64,000 nt of DNA from Phaeosaccion multiseriatum. Lineage: Eukaryota; Protista; Ochrophyta, other classes. Each line of letters begins with the position of its first letter. The stretch's first letter is position 1. This document shows, in pieces, positions 13,926 to 33,602 of this stretch. The translations under genes and the position numbers were made by a program. The notes beneath the pieces are model-generated. The model saw only the letters and a list, made by a program, of their open reading frames with translations, searched no databases and was not told the origin of the DNA. Location: the NCBI GenBank assembly GCA_965112735.1, contig OZ218963.1:1984001-2048000 (forward strand), read 5' to 3'.

Positions 13926-14541
13926 AGAGAAGTGCTCTGTCACTCCTCAATTGATTCTCCCATGATCTCTCTTTGATCTCTGGTTGTATGTATGTATGTA
14001 TGTGTGTGTGTGCGTGCGTTGCCTTGTGCAGGCCCTGATGAACGGGATGAGGGAGCGGGAGAAAGAGCTCCTCGCGGAGAGACAGCGCCTCATGGAGCTC
14101 AAGGCCGAGGAAGGGGTGGAGTTGGAGGCGCTGAGGATGCAGCTCACAGATGGCAGCCTCAACGATCAAGCCAAGCGCCGCATAAGTGTGCTCAAGTCCC
14201 GACATCGCACCAAGGTCCAGACGCTGGAGGCACGCATCACTCGTATCGACACCTCTTATGGCAACATGTGGGAGCGAGCTATGGAGGGCTACAAGTGGGT
14301 CCACCACCTACCTCAAGTTACGGTAGCGGGCAAGAAATATGCCACAATCGAGGAGTGGGCGCGTGCGCAGTTGAAGGAGCAAAAGTCACGAAGGGCACAG
14401 CTGATGAAGCAAATGGTACGCCGACAGCACATGATGCTCGATGCCGCCGCCATCACGGGGCTGGCTGGCTCGGGTTTCGGAAGTCGCGGCGTGGAGGGGA
14501 GAGGGACAGCGACGAGGGGGAACGGAAGGGGCGGAAGGGGC

Positions 14542-14575
<34 letters not shown>

Positions 14576-16359
14576 AAGGAGTAGGAGGGCCAGGACAGCG
14601 CTGGGCCTACAGCCCTCTGTCATCACCTTTGGCTACTAGCAGCCTGGGGAACAACAGCAACAGAGCAAGCAGTTTCCAAAGAAGCTGCGACGCCCCTCCC
14701 CGGACAGCAGCAGTAGCGTCAGGGTCCACAGTGAGTGGTTCCTTGGCCAACAAGGGCGGTGGAGCACGAACGAGGGCTGCCACAGCGACAACCACACCTA
14801 CGAGCGCACTCCAGGGGGGTCAGAAATGGGAGTCGAGAATCCAGCACGCCCCCCCCCCCCCCAACTCTCCTGGGGAGAGACTGATGGAGGCGGGGGGGGA
14901 GAATGATCTGCCCGGTATGGGGGGTTTCACCTCGGGCCCCGAGGAGGCGGCGGTGCTCAGGCTCTTTAGGAATGCCCTCTTTGCCGATGCGCAGGGAGGA
15001 GGGGGACGAGGAGGAGGAGGAGGAAGAGGAGGAGGAGGAGGAGGAGGAGGAGGAGGAGGAGGAGGAGGAGGAGGAGGAGGAGGAGGAGGAGGAGGAGGAG
15101 GAGGAGCCCTGAGGCAACAGCAGCCAGGGCGGGGAGCTGTGGGTTCAGAGCTTTCCCCACCCCACCAACACTCCCACCAACAGGCAGCGATAAGGGGCAT
15201 AGGCGTGGAGGAGCGACTCAGAGGCGTTTCGAGCGAAACACTCAAGTGGGTATACCAACGCGCTCAGGAGCATGTCAAGCAACAGGCCATTCACCGCGGT
15301 CGCTTCATGCGGCACGTTCCAGCAGGGGCGTGGACTGCCCCCCCCCCTGCGGCTGTGTCACCAACTGCTGCTGCTGGTGGTGTCGGAGGGCGGGCCTCCA
15401 CATCGCCCGTCAGCTCTCCTGCACATGGCCCGCGACGGCGGCTCTTCAGCAACACGCCACCGGGCCTCCCCAGCGTTGATGTGCGGTACCAGTTCTTTCC
15501 CGACCAGGGGGAGGGACTGGGAGGGGGGCAGCAACCGCAGCAGCAGCAGTTGGTGATACAGCCGCAGGGGGGGGGGCAGTCCCTGCCTCTTTTGGACAAA
15601 CCCATGCTCTCCCCGACTCCTCTCGGCAGGCGAACCTTTACAGCAGCAGCAGCAGTAGGAGGAGGAGGAGGAGGAGGAGGGGGAGGAGGAGGAGGAGGAG
15701 CTGCAAGGGTGGGTCTGCACAGCCCACACCCGGGCGGCGCGAGCATCTCTGCCCATGACAACTTCCGCCGCTCTTCGTACGGCAACAGGGTCGGGGTTGG
15801 GGAAGAGGCTCTTGCTCTCTCGCCGCCGGGTTCTGGTCTCTTCGTGGGGGACCAACAGCATTCTTCCGTGGTCGGATTGGGGGGGGGTGAGGGACGAAGA
15901 GCGGGCGGAGGAGCGGCCCCACACGCCGACCAAAGGCATCTTCCCGGGGGGGCGGGAGCGAGCAGCGGCGGTGGTGGCGGATGGCGGGGAGGGGGTGGTA
16001 GTGCGGGGGGGGGCTCAGCAGCGAGGGCTTGGAGAGGTCCTCAAGGCAGCAGCAGCAGCATGCAGATGGCGACGGGCGGGCAGGGGCAGCAGCAGAGCGG
16101 GATAATCGATAACTACCGCAAAGCGCAAGTGCAACGGCAGCAACAGAGCGACAAGAAGGCAGCGGAGGAGAGAGCGCATGCACTGCTCGGGGTGTCTTTT
16201 GCTTCTCTCGAGGGGCTACTCGTGAGGCCAGGAGAGGCCGCCAGCACGGAGTCGCTCATAGAGTCCGGCGGCGGCGAGGGGGGGGGGCATGGGTCGCCGA
16301 CCTACTCCTATCGGATACCAGCGTGGAAACCCAAGGGCCTTAAGAAACGCTTGTACTGA
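247..16359 (+). CDS. Very large coiled-coil / low-complexity protein of unknown function, multi-exon, probably 5'-partial
   Basis: GT-AG exons read by eye: 247-522, 859-1107, 1831-1962, 2234-2414, 2802-2866, 3116-3199, 3411-3493, 3819-4001, 5103-5218, 5758-5847, 6354-7000, 7265-8233, 8653-9180, 10111-10272, 10567-11619, 13269-13724, 14032-16359 (TGA). E/K/R/Q/L-rich heptad-like segments alternate with poly-G/Q/E tracts. No catalytic motif recognised. Could be more than one gene. Confidence 0.75.
1381..1592. repeat. (CTT)n microsatellite, intronic
   Basis: About 210 bp of nearly pure CTT inside intron 1108-1830. Confidence 0.97.
3494..3580. repeat. (GTCA)n microsatellite starting at a splice donor
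   Basis: AAAG|GTCAGTCAGTCA...; the array begins at the GT of the intron. Confidence 0.95.
4135..5100. repeat. Compound (CCT)n/(CTT)n pyrimidine microsatellite field, intronic
   Basis: About 1 kb of almost exclusively C/T filling intron 4002-5102. Confidence 0.95.
9190..9510. repeat. (GAAG)n purine microsatellite at the 5' end of an intron
   Basis: GGAA/GAAG arrays directly after donor 9181. Confidence 0.93.
11745..13000. repeat. Tandem minisatellite, ~50-bp unit (GAGGGGGTATGTGTCTATGCATGTGGTGGTGTGTGTGTGCGTGTGTGTGT), about 25 copies
   Basis: Exact 50-bp period in lines 12361-12860; other units differ by GT or GGT slips. Lies in intron 11620-13268. Confidence 0.97.
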
Positions 16360-16530
16360 GGAGAAGCTTGCGGCAACAACATGCTACATGACGGTCCTCG
16401 AACAGAAGAGCACCATCAGCCTTACCGAAGGTAGAGTACATCCAGCGGCCCAAACCTCTTTCGCATCTGCAAAGAAAAGGGAGACGCTTTTTTCAAATTA
16501 GTTCAATTAAAACTAATAAAAAAATTAAAC

Positions 16531-16754
16531 CTAAGTGTTTTTAGCACCCTCCACTGCCGCCGCCTCTACTGCCCCGCCATTATTGTGTGCATCGGATTGA
16601 GGAGGCGGAGGAGAAGGAGGAAGAAGGGCTGCCTTTGCCTTTCCTCCTCCCTGCGCCTGAGCGGGAAAGAAGGTCCCGCCGCCCCATTGCCCTCCCTGCC
16701 CTCCAGACGGGGGGGGGGGCGGAGGTGGTCGCTGCCCCTTTTCGCCATCGTCGG

Positions 16755-16791
<37 letters not shown>

Positions 16792-17840
16792 GGTGGACCC
16801 TTCTTCCTTCGGATCCTCCGTATACGCGTCCTTGAGCCACGCGTGGTTGAGCATCTCCCGCGCTGTTGCCCTCTTGGCTGGGTCCATCTCTAGCATTGGT
16901 CGCAAAAAGGCAGCTGCCTCGTTCGCGTCCTTGCGAGAAAAGTGGTATTTGTCCACCAGCACCTCGCTCAGTCCCCACATCTTGAGGTTGTGAATGTGCC
17001 GGAGCTCGCCCTTGCGATTAAAGTACTGCCGACTGTACTTGCCTTCCACTTGGAGCCGGCGTGGGAACTTGCCCAGGAGCTCGTAACACTGCGCCAAGTG
17101 GTCCTCGTCTCGGTCATAATCCTCCCCAGAGCGAGGGTCGTATAGAAGGTCCCCAGTCAGCAGCTCGAAGCAAATGCACGCCATTGACCACATGTCCGCA
17201 CTTGTCTCGTAGTTGAGGCCCAAGATCACCTCCGGGGAGCGATACTGACGCGTCTGAATGTCCTCACTAAAGTGCTTGTGTGTCCAGCATGCGTTCCCCA
17301 GGTCCACAACCGCCACCCTCACGTTCCTTAAATCCTTGGTCAGCATGGCAAGTCGGTCCTTCTTGGCCGCGTTGGAGGCGCGATCAGCGCCAGAAGAAAT
17401 GTCTCCCTCAAAGCCCTGGCAGGGGGAAGGGCTTTTCCTCTTTGGCGTCTTGGGGAAAGGCCTGGGCGAACCCGATCGCTGAGGGTTATCCCGCTCCTCC
17501 CCACCGCCTGGGGGTGCAGGGGGAAGTGGCAAATCTCCCCTGGCTCCGCGAGTCCCCCTTGGACTAGCCCCCCCTTCCGTTACCCCTCCGTCGGATGAAA
17601 ATGGCGGTGCTGAGGGGGGTCCGCTCTCGCCCCCACCCCCACCCGTGGCACTAGCAGCAACACCTCCAGTTGATCCTCCTGCTACGGTGTCCGAGCTAGC
17701 TTCTCCTTCCTCCTCCTCCTCTTCTTCCACCTGACTGATGAGGTGCTCCACCCTTAGACTCAGCGGTTTCACCTCAAGCACATCCAGGTACCCGCGGCAC
17801 TTGCTCGCCTCCACTGAGTCCCCGGTAGCAGCAGCAGTGG

Positions 17841-17873
<33 letters not shown>

Positions 17874-19133
17874 GAGCAGAAGTAGCACAAGAAAGCGCCG
17901 CCACAGCGCTCATGTCCACCCCCTTCAGACGGAGGTCCTCGCTCCGTCGAAGAGGAAACACCGATACCCCAGAGCACATCGCTGCATGCAATCCGCTGCT
18001 TCTGGTGCTGCTCCAGCTCCTGCTACTTTCCTTCTTGCCCTTCTCTGTCGTCTCTGTTCCCACCCCCTCGGCCACCATCCCCTCCACCTGGCCCTCTCCG
18101 CACTCCTCGACATCCTCCTCGGGGAAGGAAGAGTCATACACAAGGAACTTTAAGCCCTCCACCTTGTCTTCTAAAAAGCCCAGCACAAGGTCAGAGTGGA
18201 GGGCGTGGTAATGTAAGCTCCATCCCGTTGGTACTGCTGGGGAGTCTTTCAGTGACCCGAAGGTCTTCACGAGAGCAGCATCGGCACCACTCTGCTGCGG
18301 CTGCTGTGACCTGTCCTCTGGACCTCCCTTGCTCGATGCTTCTTCATCCAACCCCTCCTCAAGCTCGTCCACTGTACACCCCAACGCCCTCGCCACTGCA
18401 GGCACCACACCTGCGGTGTCTCGGCCCACGCCTCGAATCATAAAAGCTGTACTGAAGCTGGAGTCTGAATCTTGTTCGTCCTCTTCTTCTCTGTCCCCAC
18501 TCGCTGCCGTACCTGTCTTACCGGTGCTATCACCAGAAAACTCTCCGTCTTTCTCTCCTTCTCCTGCTGCTTCTTCCTCGTCACCACAATGAAGCCGGAA
18601 GAGCCACTCTCCGGAAGCTGACGCGTGGCAGCCTTTAAAGGCGCCATCACTCGCGTCCGCCTCCTGCTGCTGCTGTGGCTGCCGATGCGGAGAACCAAAC
18701 GCCTGTGTCAACTTTTCCGCTGAGACTAAGGCGACAACACACGAAGCGTACTCCGCGGGAGGCTCCTCCCATTCGGCCAGGGACAGTGAATTGAGTTTTA
18801 GCTGACCAAGGATGGTGGCGAAGGCATCCTCCTCCGCTTGGTCTACCTTCACGGCCAACTCATGCAAGTCAGCGGGAGCACCCTTCGCTGCTGCTGCTCC
18901 TGCTGCTTCTGCTGCTCCTCCTGCTGCTGCTGCGGCTCCCGATACTGTCGCTCCAGCTTGAGAGGAGTGATGCCGTGGAGGTGATGACAATGACGAGGAC
19001 GAAGGTGATGAACAGGAGGAAGAGTCTGGGGATGATGATGAGGAGGAGGAAGAAGATGATGAGCAGGAGCGCGAATCGGTTGCGGGAGACGCTGAGGGCG
19101 GCGAAGAATCCGAAGGCGAAGGCTGATGAGACC

Positions 19134-19164
<31 letters not shown>

Positions 19165-21036
19165 GCTACTCTGGGGCTTGCTCTCGATGTCGCCTACTCC
19201 GTCCACGTCCTTCTTGATGTCCCCTGCGGTGACGGAGGTCACCAATGCCGCCACTCCTGCCGCCGCTGCCGCAGCTGGCATCATGTTGGCCCGAATAAAC
19301 TCCCTGACTCTTCGCGGTCGAGCCGAGATCATGGGCAGAGCCTGTGATACTGATGGCGCTGCTGCGGCTGTTGCTGCTGTTGCCGCTGCATCACCCACTC
19401 CAGCTGATGCTACTTCTGGGGCTGCTCCACGTGCTATAGCCTCACTGTCGTTGAAGGACACGGACTTGTGCAGCCGTACCTCTTCATCGCTGCTCTTGGT
19501 GCGATCACCACCCGTCACATCAGCCGGTACAGCAGCTATCACAGAGGCCGTGCTACCCGTAGCGGCGACAGTAGGAGCCGCGACACCACCACCTCCTCCT
19601 CCTCCTCCTCCAGCACCAGCAGCCACAGTAGCAGTAGCAGCGGTGGCAGTGCTGGTTCCCTTCTTCTTGGCCGCCGCTGCCAGCTTCTTCTTCAACTTCT
19701 TCTTGAGCTTCCTCTTGTCCTCTGTCGACAGCCCCTCCTCGTCCGCTCGAGCGAGCTCCGCGCTGAGGTCCTTGATAGATCCTCCTTGTGGCTGGTCAAA
19801 GGGGCCCGGCGGCTGAAGCTCCCGAGGGGGCACAGAAGGCGGCATGTCCAAGAGAATGTTCTCCGGCTTGAGGTCTGTATGGATTATGTGGCAGAGCCTG
19901 TGCAGAAAATCCAAACCCGCGCAGACTTGCTTGGCTATGCTCTTGACAATGGGCACGGGGATGCCGTGGTAGTTGTACCGTTTGATGACGCTGAGCAAGT
20001 TGCAGCCCAGCATTTCGAAGACCATGCACACGTGCAAACCGTGGGGGCCTCGGTGGTCGAAGCTGTCAATAAGACGGACGCAGTGGCAATCAGCCGTTGT
20101 CGGTTCTCGAGGACCAGTGCTGCTGCTGCTGATGCCACCTCCTGAGGTCCCGCTCCCACTCCCCTGCCCCGAAGCTTCGCCGCTCCTGCTGGTGCCATTG
20201 CCGTGCTTGGCCTTATCATCGCCGGACATGCCTCTAAGGGCATCGTGGTTGTTGCAAATGGTCTGCAAGAGCTCGATCTCGTCCCTAGCGGCCTCCGTAT
20301 AGTGCTCTGCCGACTTTTGCACCTTTAAGGCCACGTACGGCGGAAGCCCGCCCCCCCCCTCCTTGCCCTTTGTCTGATGACAGTCGTCTCTCGCCATCCA
20401 CACTGTGCTGAAGTGGCCCCACCCCAGCTTCTTCACCACCACGTATCGATTCCCAAAAATGTCCCCCACCTTGACTGGGTGATAGCCCCCTACTGCATAC
20501 CCTTCCGTGCCCTCGTCCTCGTCGTCCGAGAACTCGATGGTTCCCATTCCCGCTCCCGGTGCTCCTGCTGCTGCACCCCCGCCTCCACCATCTGTCACTC
20601 CTGCTCCTTTGATACCAGTAACTTTGCCGCCCGATATGCCGAAACCGGGCGTCGCAGTGGCAGCGCCCACGTCGCTTGAGGAGCCAATGTACTTCTCCCT
20701 ACTGTCCGTGGAGCTGCGTCCGCTTGTGCTAGAATAGTCGTCGTCGTCGTCGTCATCGACTCTGTGTTCCGTCTGTTCGCCCTTCCTCTTCTGATTGCGG
20801 GAGCTGCTCGCTTTGAACCCACCAGCTTTCCCTCCTGGCGCTGGAACTTTGCTTCCACCTGTCCCTCCTCCGGAGGCCGCGGCCACCACCGCCGCCGCTG
20901 CTGCTGCTGCTGCTCTGCCTTTCTTTCCCTTTCCCTTGCCACCCCTCTTTTTCCGAGCCCCAGCTGGCAGATTGAGCATCGTGGCTTCAGGCGCACAAAC
21001 GGGCGGAGCGGGAACAGGGTGGAATGATGTGTCCAT
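16531..21036 (-). CDS. SRPK: SR-protein kinase (SRPK family, CMGC), single ORF of 1501 aa
   Basis: GGYHPVKVGD, KLGWGHFSTVW, VALKVQKSAEHYTEAARDEIELL, IIHTDLKPENILL, then after a long spacer VVDLGNACW, DIQTRQYRSPEV, DEDHLAQ and LRHIHNLKMW. These are diagnostic SRPK motifs. Confidence 0.96.
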
Positions 21037-21633
21037 CCAAAGCTGCGCTTTAGTCGCCCCCCTACCCAGCCCCAGCGGTCACACCACCCTTAACCAGCAG
21101 AGTGGGTAGTTCCTAGTTCCAATAGTAGCGTGGACACGCCGTGTCTTGTCTTGATACCTGGCAGATATCGGGGAAGAGAAGGAAGAAATTTTGAAAGAGC
21201 TTCTTATTTTTCTCCGATCACCACCGCTGCACTACACAGGTATTTCCTCTGCTCCTTCCATTTATCATGTATTCTACTCCTGCTGACGGTGATGGTGCTG
21301 CTGGTGCTGCAGCCACTGCTCTCTGCCTCTCATCCCTCTCCTTCCCTCCCTCCCCGCCCTTCCCCACCTTTCTCCTCTGCTTTTTCACCCCCTTCTTTTG
21401 CTCTTCTTCCCACAGCAGCAGCCAGTCCTGGACACCAGGACACGCCATACACAACCACAATTCACGAAGCCTTACCTTAGAGGCTCCCGGGGATACTCAG
21501 CTCCCTGATGAAATCGATGAAAGGCCTTGGCCGGTTTTGGGAGAAGCCTCCAGAGAACCCCCCTGGGTTTTTGGCGTTTTGACTTAAGCCAACAGCGAGG
21601 AATAGCACCTCCCTCAACCCCCTTTGTGCGCGG
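21037..21633. promoter_or_regulatory. Divergent intergenic region between SRPK and the LRR gene (putative bidirectional promoter plus 5' UTRs)
   Basis: Position between two head-to-head ORFs only; no motif demonstrated. Confidence 0.4.
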
Positions 21634-31294
<9,661 letters not shown>

Positions 31295-31854
31295 GCGAGA
31301 GTGAGTGAGGGAGAGAGGGAGTGAGTGAGAGGCTGCATGGCTTCTCACTTCTCACCAGAACACTTTTAAAACTCTAATTTCCAAAATTTATTTTGTATCA
31401 AAGCAATCAGTGTGGTCGGTGCATGTAATAAAAAAAGGAAGGGAAGGGATGTCGGCATACATCGATCCTGTGAGCTTGAGGCAGCGCGGGCCGCCCTTGG
31501 CCCGCTCCTCACAGCCTGGTGTCAGGGCACAACAGGGGAGTGCCTAGCTACGTCTGGGTCTCCTGTGTTGTTGTTGTTGCTGCTGCTACTGCTGCTGCTG
31601 CTGCTGCTGCTCCTATGCTTGGATGCCTCAGTCCGTATTGGGCCGTATCTGTGGAAGGGATGAAAGCGAGGATGGGTCAAAAGGACAAGAAGGGTGGAGG
31701 AGGGGAGGGAGGGTCAAAAGGGGGAAGCGAGACAGCAGGGGTGGAAAGGTAGGGTAAGGGGGGCCAGACAGAAAAAGGAGGGAAGAGCGACAACAACACA
31801 AGAAGACGGAAGCGGACAAAGCCTTGTAGCCTTGCTACCTCTCACTCTTGCTGC

Positions 31855-33522
31855 TCAGTGCCGAAGGGGTGGGGCAGGGGTGTTGCCGCCAAAACAAGTC
31901 AACCCCCACCCATTTTTGCTTACCTGGCTCTCGACCCGTGTATTGTACGACCCGCACTCGCCACAGCGGTGGTAGAGAAAGTGGAAGGGCACAATGCTGG
32001 TCTTCTCGCAGTCATGGCACTGCACCTTGGCTTTGACGTCTTTGTACTCTGCCGGCATGGGCTGTGCTGCTACGGCCCGATCGAGCTGCGAGAAGTACTC
32101 TCTTAAATCCTCCATCGATTTGAGGCAGATTGGGCACCGGTAGGGAAACGTCTGTGGGATTGATGGCAATGGATGGATGGACGGGCCGATGGCAATGGAT
32201 GAATGGGCACGCACAGGACAAGGAGCAACAAACACAACAAAAGCTCAGACACAGCCCCACACCATGCATGTGATCATCAAACAGGCGGAGGATAAGAGAT
32301 CTTCCTTCTGCTTCTTCTCTTCCTTCTCAGTCATTAAGGCGAGTGAGAGGAAGCTCCTCACCCTCCCTCCCTCCCTCACCTGTCCCGCGTCCCTCTGAAT
32401 GTATTCCTTGTAGCACTGCAAATGCATCATGTGTCCACAGCGCAGCCCCTTCACTTGCGAGGTGGACGTGAACATGAGCTCATGGCAGATGGGGCAGTTA
32501 CCCCCCAGTGCCTGATTCACGCTGGAGAGAAACGAGAGATGCGTTGGAGGGAGTGATTGCGTGAAGGGATGGAGTCATGGAAGAAGGTGAGGAGGGGGGG
32601 GGGTCTTACTCGTGTTCCTTGTACCCTCTATGACACTGTTCTTCGCCGCTACCTCTACCTGTCCCTTCGCGTTCTGTCGAAGCAGGCTGCGAAGAACGCT
32701 CCGCCCCCCCCCCCACCCCTCCCCTTCCCTTCTTTATCTTGACCACTCTGGACATCATGTGAAAGTGTCATGCCTGTCTTTCACACCTGCGATACACTAG
32801 ACACTAGTCGGAGGACCTCTCTTTTGGCCGCCACACCGAAGTAAAAGCCAACAATGAACAGATACCAAAAACTCCACACTCCACCCTGGCCTACACTGAA
32901 CAGAATTTCGCGAGTCACAACTCCACTCCACTCCACCCGCCGCTTACCAAGGGTGTGTGTCCGTGCCCATGCTGATGCAGGCGTTACACTTCATACAGTG
33001 CCAGAAGTCAATGCCGAGTCCCTTGCCGACGCGGCACACATTGCAGTACGGGCAATGGTAAATGTCCTTCCCAGGGGCGTCGTCAAACAGTTTACATATA
33101 CTGCAGTAGTATCGGGCAAGCTGCCGATTCTCTTGAGAAGAAACCCCAGAAGGAAGGGAAGACCCCAAAACAGAAGCAGAATGGGAGCAAGAGGCGGAGG
33201 CGGAGGCCGGAATGGTAGAGGTGGTAGTAGGAGAAGGAGAGGAAGAGGAGGAGGACGATGATATACTCCGTTCCTCCGTCCCGCAGGCCGGGTTGCTACA
33301 CGACTTATCAACGGGCTGCATGGTACCACACCGCATGCAAAGCATCTCTTGCACGGCGTATCTGTCCATGGTGTGCTCCATCACCTGTTGTTGTTGTTGT
33401 CGTTGTTGTTGTCATTCCCCGCCGCAAGCCAAACCAGTGGTGGTGGCAGCGGCGAGCGGAGGCCACAAGAGAGTGAGCCGGAGTAGTAGTAGTACAACAC
33501 CAACAACAACAACAACAACAAC

Positions 33523-33557
<35 letters not shown>

Positions 33558-33564
33558 CAACACC

Positions 33565-33602
<38 letters not shown>

